From NCBI GenBank assembly GCA_946497695.1, contig CAMMLJ010000003.1:19310-83309 (forward strand): 64,000 bases of DNA. The letters run 5' to 3'. The notes under the pieces are model-generated. The model saw nothing but the letters and a program-made list of their open reading frames with translations. It was not told where the DNA came from and searched no databases. Positions 11,440-20,748 of the stretch are shown one piece after another. This DNA is from an uncultured Clostridium sp. Its GTDB lineage: Bacteria; Bacillota; Clostridia; TANB77; CAG-508. Position 1 is the first letter of the stretch. Every line of letters starts with the position of its first letter. Both the position numbers and the translations under genes were made by a program.

Positions 11440-13851
11440 TTGGAACTACTTGCTCCTGCAGGAGATTTTGAATGTTTAAAAGCTGCTGTTCAAAATGGTG
11501 CAGACAGCGTATATTTTGGTGCAAGCTCTTTTAGTGCTCGTGCTTTTGCCAATAATTTTGATAATGAAGCTTTAGAAATGGCAATTAACTATGCAAAATT
11601 AAGAAATGTAAAAACACATTTAACATTAAATACACTAATTACAGATAATGAATTTGAAGATGCAATAAAACTTGCAACACATGCTTATAATTGTGGTATA
11701 GATGCAATTATAGTGCAAGATTTTGGACTTGCACGTTATCTAATTAAAAATTTTCCTGACCTTGATGTTCATGGTAGTACTCAAATGACTATTCACAATT
11801 TAGAATGTGTGCAAACTTTAGAAAAATTTGGCTTTAAAAGAGCTGTTCTTTCTAGAGAATTGCCTATTTCTGAAATATATGATATTTGTCATAAAACTAA
11901 TATAGAAACAGAAGTATTTATTCATGGTGCTTTGTGTCTTTCTTATTCTGGTCAATGCTTAATGTCTAGCATGATAGGCGGTCGTTCTGGAAATAGAGGC
12001 AAATGTGCTCAACCATGTAGATTGCCATATAAAGTAAAAGGTATCGATTCTTCTTTTAAATATTTGATGAGTCCTAAAGATTTATGTGGTTTAGAATTTA
12101 TTCCAAATCTAATTGATGCTGGGGTTACTTGCTTTAAAATAGAAGGTAGAATGAAAAAGCCAGAATATGTTGCTACAGTTACAAGAATTTACCGTAAATA
12201 TATAGATAAATACATAAATAAAGAAGATTACGAAATAGATCAAAAAGATGTAGATGATTTACTTCAAGTGTTTAATAGGGGAGGTTTTTCATCTGGTCAT
12301 CTTAAGAACTCTCCTAATACTGATTTTGTTTATCCAGAAAAACCTAATAATGCTGGGATATATATAGGTAATATTTCTAATTATTCTGCACATAAAGGAT
12401 ATGTGTCTTTTACATTAAAAAATAGTCTTTCCATTGGAGATATTATTTCATTTGATAATGAGCATAAAAAATATACTGTTTCTGAGTTAATGAAAAATGG
12501 ACTAAATCTGGCTTCAGCAGATGTAGGTGACAAAGTTACTATTGGTAGAATGAAAGGAAAAATATCTATTGGTGCAAAAATATATAAATTAACAAGTAAA
12601 AGTTTATTTAGTACCGCAAATTCTTCTTTTACTAATGCTGAAAATATCAAGACTTATTTAAATGCAAACATCTCAATCAAAGAAGGTGAACCAATTGTAT
12701 TAAAAGTTTCTACTATTAATAGTAATGATAGTATATATAATAATATTACAGTTACAGAAAAATCTGAAAGCATGCCTGTTCAAGCAATTAATAAACCTTT
12801 AGATATAGAAAGAATTATTACACAATTAAAAAAGACTTCTAATACACAATTCGAATTTAACGATATTAATGTTCAGCTAGACCCGAATTTATTTATACCT
12901 AATATAAGTATTATAAATGAGCTTAGAAGACAAGCTTTAGCTAATATAGAAACATGTGCTATACAAAAATTCAAAAGAAATTTAGATATAAAATATTCTC
13001 CAGCTAACAGTGTTGCACCACAAATTACACAAAAGGGTATATCAGTTTGTTTTAATATTCTGGATGACACATTAGATTATACAAAGCTTAATAATTTTAG
13101 TAACGCATATATCCCTTTAAAATATTTTTATAATAATAAATATTTTGAGATTATTAATACAATTGCTAAAAAAGCTGATATCTATGTATATATGCCAATT
13201 ATTATTCGTGGTAACTATAAGAATTTATTAGCAAATTATTTAAGAGCTGCTATAGAAAACTTTGATGTTAAAGGTATTGTTTTTTCTAATATAGGAAATG
13301 TTGAATATTTAAAATTTATTAAAGAGCAATATGGCAACAAATTAAAATTAATATCAAATTATACTTTAAATGTTTTTAATGATAATACTATAAAAGAGTT
13401 ACTTGATTATGACATTGATTTAATAGAAATTTCTCCAGAACTAAATAAAACTAATATCTCATCACTTTGTAATTCTTATGGCGATAATATAGAAGTATTT
13501 GCATATGGAAAACTTCCGGTAATGAATACAAATTACTGCTTTTTAGGTAAATCAAATAAATGCTATCCAAATTGTGATAAAAAATGTTTTGATACTTCTA
13601 AAAAATATGCTTTAGTTGATAGATTAGGTTTTGAATTTAGATTTATTCCTGATAATATTCAGACTATTACAACTGTTTTTAATAGCAGAATTACATCAAT
13701 TGAAACAAAAGATTTTAATGTAAAGTCATGCAGAATTAATATTTTAGACGAAAATATTGATGAAATTAATGAAGTTATACATACAGTTTCAAAGGGAAAT
13801 AGATTAGAAGGAAATATGTATACAAACGGTAATTTAAATAGAGAAATTTAG
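11440..13851 (+). CDS. U32 peptidase family protein with DUF3656 (RlhA-like RNA hydroxylation protein)
   Basis: ELLAPAG, HGALCLSYSGQC, NRGKCAQPCR, KIEGRMK; TTG start after GAGGTG. Confidence 0.92.
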   Translation: MELLAPAGDFECLKAAVQNGADSVYFGASSFSARAFANNFDNEALEMAINYAKLRNVKTHLTLNTLITDNEFEDAIKLATHAYNCGIDAIIVQDFGLARYLIKNFPDLDVHGSTQMTIHNLECVQTLEKFGFKRAVLSRELPISEIYDICHKTNIETEVFIHGALCLSYSGQCLMSSMIGGRSGNRGKCAQPCRLPYKVKGIDSSFKYLMSPKDLCGLEFIPNLIDAGVTCFKIEGRMKKPEYVATVTRIYRKYIDKYINKEDYEIDQKDVDDLLQVFNRGGFSSGHLKNSPNTDFVYPEKPNNAGIYIGNISNYSAHKGYVSFTLKNSLSIGDIISFDNEHKKYTVSELMKNGLNLASADVGDKVTIGRMKGKISIGAKIYKLTSKSLFSTANSSFTNAENIKTYLNANISIKEGEPIVLKVSTINSNDSIYNNITVTEKSESMPVQAINKPLDIERIITQLKKTSNTQFEFNDINVQLDPNLFIPNISIINELRRQALANIETCAIQKFKRNLDIKYSPANSVAPQITQKGISVCFNILDDTLDYTKLNNFSNAYIPLKYFYNNKYFEIINTIAKKADIYVYMPIIIRGNYKNLLANYLRAAIENFDVKGIVFSNIGNVEYLKFIKEQYGNKLKLISNYTLNVFNDNTIKELLDYDIDLIEISPELNKTNISSLCNSYGDNIEVFAYGKLPVMNTNYCFLGKSNKCYPNCDKKCFDTSKKYALVDRLGFEFRFIPDNIQTITTVFNSRITSIETKDFNVKSCRINILDENIDEINEVIHTVSKGNRLEGNMYTNGNLNREI

Positions 13852-13878
13852 GGATTTGGGGACGTTCCTTTTTTCCCT
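13850..13878 (+). repeat. REP-like repeat, type A
   Basis: AGGGATTTGGGGACGTTCCTTTTTTCCCT overlapping the TAG stop. Confidence 0.9.
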
Positions 13879-13887
13879 ATATAAACA

Positions 13888-13923
13888 ACGAAAGACCATC
13901 TCTCGCAATAGATGGTCTTTCGT
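13888..13923. terminator. bidirectional terminator
   Basis: ACGAAAGACCATC...GATGGTCTTTCGT between convergent genes. Confidence 0.75.
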
Positions 13924-13943
13924 TTTAGTAGTTTTGGAAATAA

Positions 13944-14198
13944 TTAATAATTATTCCTTTCTAAATACTTTGTGGCAACATTTGCAACAGCGATATTTGT
14001 AGCACCACTTACCCCTTCGGGGTCATAAGTAAAAAGCACCGTTTTACTGCCATCGGGACACTTTACTGTAACTTTCATTATTGTAATTGTTATTGGATGG
14101 CCATCATTCGATTTAAGGTAATAAATACCTTCTCCAAGCGATTTCTCTTCACTTAAAGTATAACTCACATCGCCTACTCTAAATTCTACACTCTCCAT
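13944..14198 (-). CDS. orphan protein, 84 aa
   Basis: GAAAGGA RBS before MESVEF; TTGACT-16-TATAAT at 14300-14273. Confidence 0.6.
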   Translation of the reverse strand: MESVEFRVGDVSYTLSEEKSLGEGIYYLKSNDGHPITITIMKVTVKCPDGSKTVLFTYDPEGVSGATNIAVANVATKYLERNNY

Positions 14199-14306
14199 GT
14201 TGTCCTTTCTGCCAATCGGTTGTACATCTAACCGCATGGACTTTGTTGCAATTTACTATTTCTACATTTGTTATTATACGTTATTTTCATAAATAGTCAA
14301 ATAAAT

Positions 14307-14624
14307 TTATATAGGATTACTGCTTAATTTAATTATTAAATCCATATTGTCGTCTTTTGCAGCTTTATTTTTTCTAATAGCTCCACATTTTTCACATCTA
14401 AATACAATTACATAACCCTTTTTAGAACTTAATTCTATCCCAATTGGTTTTAAAATTCCATGACATGTTTCTGCTCTGTCTCCTGGATTTATATCTACAT
14501 GTTTAGAATATAAACAATATGGGCAATGATTTCTGCAAGAATATTCTAATTTAGGTACTAATTTTCCACAGTGTTCGCAAATAAATTCTTCATCTATTTC
14601 TGTAAATTTGCTATCTTTTAACAT
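14307..14624 (-). CDS. RNHCP domain protein
   Basis: CEHCG...CRNHCPYCLYSKHVD..PGDR..C.G...CEKCG. Confidence 0.9.
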   Translation of the reverse strand: MLKDSKFTEIDEEFICEHCGKLVPKLEYSCRNHCPYCLYSKHVDINPGDRAETCHGILKPIGIELSSKKGYVIVFRCEKCGAIRKNKAAKDDNMDLIIKLSSNPI

Positions 14625-14633
14625 AATTAACTC

Positions 14634-16265
14634 CTAGTATTTAAAATCTCCATTTCCTAAAAATTCCCTTAATAAAGAATTGGTTGGTATTAAATCTTTT
14701 GGTATTTCCTCAAAATATTGTAAAATTTCGCATAATCTTTTTGCTTCTGAATATTCTGGCTCTGAACTATCAATTTCCTTTAATAGTGGTAATGCCATCG
14801 TTTTTAATACTGACATTTCATATACCAAAGAAGTATTAAACATAACATCTGCTTGTTCTTGATAAGGGAATATATTTTTTTGTTCTCCTCTATTTACAGA
14901 TGGCCACATTCTTAAAGTATGAAGCGCAGAATATCCTCTGAATTGATAATCTCTTACTATTCTTCTTATTAATCTTGAATCTGTTGTTGATATTCTATTA
15001 AAATAATCAATATTTAATACAGTTAATGCACTAATATATATTTTAAACTTATTTTCTTTTGGAATACTCTCTGTTAACTTATCATTTAAACAGTGGATTC
15101 CCTCTATTACAAGTACATCATTTTTGTTTAATTTTAATTTATCTCCTCTATACTCTTTATGCCCTGTATGAAAATTAAATGATGGTGTTTCTACTTCTTC
15201 ACCATTTAATAAACTTAGAATTTGATTATTAAATAAGTTCATATCTATAGCATTTATATCTTCAAAATCATAATTTCCATTTTCATCTTTTGGAGTATCT
15301 TCTCTTTCTACAAAATAGTTATCAACTGATATTGTAACTGGTCTTAATCCATTTAGTTCTAGTTGCAGACCTAACCTTTGTGCAAAAGTCGTTTTCCCAG
15401 AAGATGATGGCCCTGCAATTAAAATAACCTTTGCATTTCTATTTTGTGCTATTTTGTCTGCTATTTGAGAAATCTTTTTCTCGTGCAAAGCTTCATCTAA
15501 TAAAACAATATGTTTTGCTTCTCCATTTTGAACCTTTGTATTTAACTTATATAATGTATTTATATCTAATAATCTATGTATATTTTCGTAATCTTGAAGT
15601 GCTGATAATAATTTAGGATTATCTACAAATGGTTGTAATTTAGTTATATCCTTTCTATTTGGATATCTTACGATAAAACCATGCTTATATTTTTCTAATT
15701 TAAATATTTTCATGTATTTTGTAGAAATTGGCATGACCCCATAATAATAGTTATAATAATCTTCGCAATAATATAAAGTGACATGATCTCTTTCTTTTAT
15801 ATCTTTTTGTAGTATTCCTTTTAGTGTCTTATTTTTTTCATAAAACTCATCAGCTTCTTCTTTGGTCATTATAACTTTTGTAATTGGTAAATCTTCTTTA
15901 ACTATTTCATTCATTCTGTTACTTACTGCCTCTAGCATTTCATCCGTAACTTTCATATTATCAATTTCAAAAAACATAGAATTTGATAATTGATAATCAA
16001 CTGTTAGTAGCGCTTTTGGATATACTTCTGAAAATGCTTTTGCCATTATATAACTTAATCCTCTTATATAGATTCTAAGTCCATCTTTGTCTGATATATC
16101 TACAAATTTTATATTACTATCCTCTTTTAAGACGTGGTTTAACGATTGTATTTGATTATTGCAAATACATGCAATAACATGTTCATTACATTCTTCTTTA
16201 AACACATCAATTACTTTTTGTGGCTCTTGTATCTCCATAGTTTTATCTTTATATGTTATTTTCAT
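14634..16265 (-). CDS. nucleoside (uridine) kinase with ThrRS-like N-terminal region
   Basis: EALHEKKI, IAGPSSSGKTT, EGIHCLN, RRIVRD. Confidence 0.9.
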   Translation of the reverse strand: MKITYKDKTMEIQEPQKVIDVFKEECNEHVIACICNNQIQSLNHVLKEDSNIKFVDISDKDGLRIYIRGLSYIMAKAFSEVYPKALLTVDYQLSNSMFFEIDNMKVTDEMLEAVSNRMNEIVKEDLPITKVIMTKEEADEFYEKNKTLKGILQKDIKERDHVTLYYCEDYYNYYYGVMPISTKYMKIFKLEKYKHGFIVRYPNRKDITKLQPFVDNPKLLSALQDYENIHRLLDINTLYKLNTKVQNGEAKHIVLLDEALHEKKISQIADKIAQNRNAKVILIAGPSSSGKTTFAQRLGLQLELNGLRPVTISVDNYFVEREDTPKDENGNYDFEDINAIDMNLFNNQILSLLNGEEVETPSFNFHTGHKEYRGDKLKLNKNDVLVIEGIHCLNDKLTESIPKENKFKIYISALTVLNIDYFNRISTTDSRLIRRIVRDYQFRGYSALHTLRMWPSVNRGEQKNIFPYQEQADVMFNTSLVYEMSVLKTMALPLLKEIDSSEPEYSEAKRLCEILQYFEEIPKDLIPTNSLLREFLGNGDFKY

Positions 16266-16316
16266 AGCATTCTTCCTTTCGTTTTTACTGCATAATATTT
16301 TATATTATATTATTAT

Positions 16317-17216
16317 TTAAGTCAAACTATTCTTAAAATCTGGAACATATTCTTCTTCATGTTCACCTAAATCTTGCATATATCCATTTTCTATCCCAAT
16401 TTCATATATATAATCTTCTATTTGTTTGTATTCTTCAGTACTTATTTTTCTATTAAGCTCTAGTATATTTTTTGCTTTATACGTTGGAAAATATTGCGCC
16501 ATAATACTTACATAAACTTCTTTTCCAATATTATCTATAATCCACTTTAAAACCTTTTTACTATTCTCGATTTCGTTTGGTAAGATTAAATGCCTTATTA
16601 TTAAACCTCTTTTTATTATTCCATTTTCATCTAATTGTGGTGGTCCAACTTGTTTATACATTTCTGCTACTGCTTTTGATGTTACCTCAAAATAATTATT
16701 TATATTTGAATATTTTTCACCTAATTTATTATTAGCATATTTAAAATCTGGCAGATACACATCTATATATCCCTCTAATGAGTTCACTGTTTCAATGTTC
16801 TCATATCCGTTTGAATTATATATTATTGGTATTTTTAAGCCTTCAGCCTTTGCTATTTTTATCGCTTCTATAATATGATAAACATACATTACTGGTGTTA
16901 CTAAATTTATATTATGTGCACCTTTTTTTTGTTGGTCTAACATACTTTGAGCTAAAAAACTTATATCTACTTCTTGTCCCATTCCTTCTTGACTTATTTT
17001 ATAGTTTTGACAAAATACACAATTAAAATTACAGTTTGAAAAAAATATTGTACCAGAACCATTTGTACCACTTATACATGGTTCTTCAAACTGATGTAAT
17101 GATACTAACGATATTTTTATTTTGTCTGTGGCTTTGCATCTTCCTACTTTTCCTTCTAATCTATTTATTTTGCACATATGTGGACATAGTTTACATTCTT
17201 TTAATTTTTCTAACAT
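16317..17216 (-). CDS. radical SAM protein, PflX-like
   Basis: CKLCPHMC, EEPCISG, CNFNCVFC, YLPDFKY, RHLILP. Confidence 0.9.
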   Translation of the reverse strand: MLEKLKECKLCPHMCKINRLEGKVGRCKATDKIKISLVSLHQFEEPCISGTNGSGTIFFSNCNFNCVFCQNYKISQEGMGQEVDISFLAQSMLDQQKKGAHNINLVTPVMYVYHIIEAIKIAKAEGLKIPIIYNSNGYENIETVNSLEGYIDVYLPDFKYANNKLGEKYSNINNYFEVTSKAVAEMYKQVGPPQLDENGIIKRGLIIRHLILPNEIENSKKVLKWIIDNIGKEVYVSIMAQYFPTYKAKNILELNRKISTEEYKQIEDYIYEIGIENGYMQDLGEHEEEYVPDFKNSLT

Positions 17217-17266
17217 TTTGCTTCCTTTCTTTTTACGTCTATTAATTATTATACCTTAAATTAATC

Positions 17267-17313
17267 AAGAAATGAAGAGGCAAGATATAATATATCTTTG
17301 CCCCTTCATTCTT
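17267..17313 (-). terminator. intrinsic terminator
   Basis: AATGAAGGGGCAAAGATAT...ATATCTTGCCTCTTCATTTCTT on minus strand. Confidence 0.7.
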
Positions 17314-17327
17314 AACATTCGCTGTGT

Positions 17328-18524
17328 TTACGCGGAAATAGTTAACACTGCTGGATTAACAGTTCCTGGTCCAGAATAATTCCATTTAGAATTATAGTAT
17401 TTCCGGAATTCTTCCCCATACTGCCACACTCTTGAAATTATACTTGCTGCGGCTCCATACATAAATCCAGTGACACCATCTACATCAGCCAAATTGGAAC
17501 ATCTGTCCCAGATTTCTGATATTTTCATACCATATTTTTGGATTAAGTACTCCATGTACTGAGTCCATATTATAGTGTAGCGTATGACAGCTTTGCTATA
17601 AGCATCTTCACTGTTTACACGTTTACACGTTTCCCATATTTCTGTTTCTTTCACCGAAAATTCACCATTCTTCTGGAATTTTCTTATCTTTTCCAGTACT
17701 ACCTTATGGCGACATTCTTTTTTCAAGCTCTTTGCACGTTTCCTAATGTACTCAGGAGAATGAATATATTCTTCCCACTCTTTTTCCCAAAGTTCATGAG
17801 TCATATCACAAGATGTTTCATACATTTCATAGATGTGGTTCACATTCCATTCATAAACCGTCATCGAGAACTCATTAAAACTTATCTCAACACCTTTTAC
17901 TCCATACATATTGTTGTACGGACTAAAGCACCTGGATATAGTCTTCAGAAATTCTTTGATATGGTCGCCGGCAATAGCTTCTGCCTTTATGATTCCATCT
18001 TTAAGTGATGAAATTACTAAGCATTCATTCTGGTAATTTCTGAACCATAGCTCCTTACTGTAGCTTGTAATCTTTTCAAATTCAAAACTAGTAGTAAATG
18101 AATCAAAAAATTTAAATACTTCACTTGGTCCCTCTTTCAGTGGAGCAGGTTTTTCACAAATCTGCGTATCTTCCGCAACATTTTTTACTTCTTTAGAAGT
18201 CTTTAATGCTTTCATCAGCATACAGATTATATTTTTCCTGCCTTCTGATTTTGTAATAATTACAGAGATATTTCGATAAGCAATTTTAATTTTGTCAACT
18301 TTGAAATTGCTCTGCTTTGAAAAGCAACCTGCAACAATCTCTGCGACTCTGTGAAGTGACACAGAATAGTCAAAAGCCAGACACGCCACACCTTCTTCAT
18401 ACGATGTGAGTTTAACATCAGTTTTATCGATATTCTCGAACGTCCGTGTCTGAAACACAAATCCTCCATCTGATGCATTTCCTAAGTAGACCAGCTTTGT
18501 TACTTCTTTCCGTTCCTTTCTCAT
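17328..18524 (-). CDS. orphan protein, 398 aa, with internal duplication
   Basis: GAAAGGGG RBS; TTGATT-17-TATAAT at 18634-18606; GC-richer than flanks. Confidence 0.8.
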   Translation of the reverse strand: MRKERKEVTKLVYLGNASDGGFVFQTRTFENIDKTDVKLTSYEEGVACLAFDYSVSLHRVAEIVAGCFSKQSNFKVDKIKIAYRNISVIITKSEGRKNIICMLMKALKTSKEVKNVAEDTQICEKPAPLKEGPSEVFKFFDSFTTSFEFEKITSYSKELWFRNYQNECLVISSLKDGIIKAEAIAGDHIKEFLKTISRCFSPYNNMYGVKGVEISFNEFSMTVYEWNVNHIYEMYETSCDMTHELWEKEWEEYIHSPEYIRKRAKSLKKECRHKVVLEKIRKFQKNGEFSVKETEIWETCKRVNSEDAYSKAVIRYTIIWTQYMEYLIQKYGMKISEIWDRCSNLADVDGVTGFMYGAAASIISRVWQYGEEFRKYYNSKWNYSGPGTVNPAVLTISA

Positions 18525-18663
18525 TATGTTTAACCCCTTTCAAATGTTTTTTCATGATGACGTGTAATTAAAATATCTTTTACACAAAAAACATCACTTA
18601 TAGTTATTATACTACTTTTATTTACATAAATCAATTTTAATAAAGTCATACATTAGCTATATA

Positions 18664-19047
18664 TTAAAACTCTACAATAAATCTATTCAGATTTTCTCCT
18701 AGATTTATTGTACATTTATTTTTGATTTCACTTTTTGGGATTACATACATCTTTAAATCTGCATTTAGTATAAATAGATAATCTATATTGGTATTTATTA
18801 ACGTTTTATATTCTTTTCCTTTTGTTCCTCCACAGCTTTTTAACGAAACTTGATATATGTTATTTTTAGTTTTACACCCTGTAGCCTTTACCTGTACTTT
18901 ATCTAGCTTTCCGTCCTTTTCTATAACTAAATCATAATCTTGTGTATCATTTAAAGGAATAGATACTACATATCCGTTAGTTGAAAAATATGCTATTGCC
19001 ATCCCCAGTCCTGAATTTCCCTTTTCTTTATTAGAAAAAAATTTCAT
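18664..19047 (-). CDS. group I intron-associated PD-(D/E)XK endonuclease (I-Ssp6803I/PDDEXK_5-like), free-standing
   Basis: KG...AIAYF...GY.VSIPL.D..DYDLV.....KL.KVQVK...IDYLF....MYVIP motif; GAAGGAG RBS. Confidence 0.85.
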   Translation of the reverse strand: MKFFSNKEKGNSGLGMAIAYFSTNGYVVSIPLNDTQDYDLVIEKDGKLDKVQVKATGCKTKNNIYQVSLKSCGGTKGKEYKTLINTNIDYLFILNADLKMYVIPKSEIKNKCTINLGENLNRFIVEF

Positions 19048-19082
19048 AGCGCTCCTTCGAACTTTTGTTTGTTTTTAACTTT

Positions 19083-19114
19083 AAAAATAAAATACAAGTC
19101 TAGCTTGTACTTTA
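19083..19114 (-). terminator. terminator-like hairpin between tRNA-Tyr and endonuclease gene
   Basis: TAAAGTACAAG-CTAGA-CTTGTATTTTATTTTT on minus strand. Confidence 0.6.
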
Positions 19115-19115
19115 T

Positions 19116-19424
19116 TGGTGGGCAGGGATGGATTCGAACCATCGTACTCAAATGAGAACAGATTTCTTACTACTATAGTTTTCACTACCATATACATGTT
19201 TGTAGTCTGGACTTTCTCTTTATCTTAAAATTAAGATACCAGGTATAAAGTCTCTACACTCGGAAATTTCTTTCCTAGCTCGGGATTGTCATCAGCCTTA
19301 CTGTTAAGAGTTCCCCGAATTAGCCCGGTGTTCATCATATAATCACTTATATGAGCTGCAAGTTTAGGTTTTTGATAAACCAAAGACCACAGTCTGCCGC
19401 CTTTAGCCACTCGGCCACCTACCC
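19116..19424 (-). tRNA. tRNA-Tyr(GTA), intron-split (exon 1 19424-19389, exon 2 19165-19116)
   Basis: Joined exons: GGGTAGG TG GCCGAGTGGCTAAAGGC G GCAGA CT GT^A AA TCTGT, long variable arm, GATGG TTCGAAT CCATC CCTGCCC A CCA; all stems pair. Confidence 0.95.
19166..19388 (-). ncRNA. group I self-splicing intron (223 nt, no ORF)
   Basis: 5' exon ends in U and intron ends in G; IGS GCAG pairs exon CUGU with U.G at splice site; P2 with GUGA loop; P AAUUCGGGGAA / Q AAUCCCGAGC; R GUAGAGACU / S AAAGAGAAAGUCC; P3 ACCGGG/CCUGGU; P9 with GAAA loop. Confidence 0.93.
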
Positions 19425-19441
19425 ATGTTATTAAATTAAAA

Positions 19442-19518
19442 TGGTGCTCCCTCAAGGATTTGAACCTTGGACCCACCGGTTATGAGCCGGTTGCTCTGAC
19501 CAACTGAGCTAAGGGAGC
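19442..19518 (-). tRNA. tRNA with CAT anticodon, most likely tRNA-Ile2 (lysidine)
   Basis: GCTCCCT/AGGGAGC acceptor, ACCGG-CTCATAA-CCGGT anticodon arm of Firmicute Ile2 type, encoded CCA. Confidence 0.9.
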
Positions 19519-19533
19519 CTGTCGACGAAATTT

Positions 19534-19562
19534 AGTATACTATTTTTAATATAATATGTCAA
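19534..19562 (-). promoter_or_regulatory. sigma-A promoter of tRNA operon
   Basis: TTGACA-17-TATACT with A-rich UP region. Confidence 0.85.
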
Positions 19563-19689
19563 TAGTTTTTTTATTATTTTTTCATTTTTTTATTAAAACA
19601 TTTCATTTATATTCAAAAATACTATATCACCTAGAAAAAAGGTAATATAGTATTTTTTGGTATATATCTACATAACTTTATCTATAATT

Positions 19690-20643
19690 TTAATTTTCAG
19701 TTTTTCCTTCTGGAAGTGCTGGAACTTCAAGAACAACTCTTATACTCATAATATATTTAATTGTTCTTACAAATTTACTATTTTTAAATCTTTGCCATAA
19801 GCTTGGTTTTGCCTCAAATGTTTCTGCTACATATTGTTCTTGTTGTAGTTTTTCTACTTTTTGAATCGTTTCTACTTTTGGTTGTTGTTTTACATTTTCT
19901 ACTTTTGAAGGTTCAGCAATTGCAGCAACATTAACTTTCTTCTCTTTCTTAGCTTTTACTTTCTTAGCTTTTTGAACTGGTTCCATAACAGGTTCTACTT
20001 GTTCTTCTACTACATCTTCTACTGGTGCTGGTATTTCTTTTAATGCATCTGCTATTTCAAGTCCAATATAACTTAATGCTTTTGATCTATCTTCTATTCT
20101 TTCCATATCTATTTCAATATGTAAATTTGATTCCAAATTAGATATTCTTGCTTTTAATAGTTTTAACGCATCTTTATAATGTTCTGTCTCTTTGCTTCTG
20201 CTTCTTCCGATTATTAATAAAGTATTTATTATATCTTCATCAAAATCATCTTGAGCTTCTTTAACTGCTTCTTTCCAATTCCTTTCTTTTGTTTCTACTT
20301 TTTTTAGAAGTTCCTTTAATTTTCCTCCTAAACTTATGTTTAATTCTCTTTGTCTTATTAAAGTCTCTATTTGCTTAGTATTATCTTCAAATTGGCTTGT
20401 TGCAAATTCAACTAAATCAAAAGCAGCATTATAAACACTTGCAGGGAAATTTTGCTTCTTTGGATACTCTACCAAATATGTTTTTATAGCTTCTACTAAA
20501 TCCTTAAAATAAGTGTCATCATCTAATTGGATGATTTGTTTCTTACTCTTAGGATTAATCATTTTATGAACTTTTTCTATATTTGATAATATCTTCTCCT
20601 CAGTTATTACCATTCTAACATTTACTATGCCAGATCTAGACAT
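19690..20643 (-). CDS. hypothetical coiled-coil protein
   Basis: long ORF with host-like codon usage; AAGGAGGG RBS before MSRSG. Confidence 0.8.
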   Translation of the reverse strand: MSRSGIVNVRMVITEEKILSNIEKVHKMINPKSKKQIIQLDDDTYFKDLVEAIKTYLVEYPKKQNFPASVYNAAFDLVEFATSQFEDNTKQIETLIRQRELNISLGGKLKELLKKVETKERNWKEAVKEAQDDFDEDIINTLLIIGRSRSKETEHYKDALKLLKARISNLESNLHIEIDMERIEDRSKALSYIGLEIADALKEIPAPVEDVVEEQVEPVMEPVQKAKKVKAKKEKKVNVAAIAEPSKVENVKQQPKVETIQKVEKLQQEQYVAETFEAKPSLWQRFKNSKFVRTIKYIMSIRVVLEVPALPEGKTEN

Positions 20644-20748
20644 GTAAATTCCCTCCTTCATCATACGTAAATTCCAAAAACTAAGTTTATTATACATCTT
20701 TCTTTATAATTCTACAATAATATTGCCTTTAATTATTTATTTCATTTT

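Noticed and set aside
17328-19116. Prophage or integrative element at the tRNA-Tyr 3' end
   Set aside because: No integrase, and no duplicated tRNA 3' end seen
19231-19476. 81-aa ORF in the ORF track
   Set aside because: Runs through tRNA-Ile2, tRNA-Tyr exon 1 and the intron core, with no RBS; not an intron-encoded protein
19442-19518. Initiator or elongator tRNA-Met
   Set aside because: Paired 1:72 and no GGG/CCC anticodon stem exclude fMet; the arm sequence fits Ile2 better than elongator Met, though this is not proven
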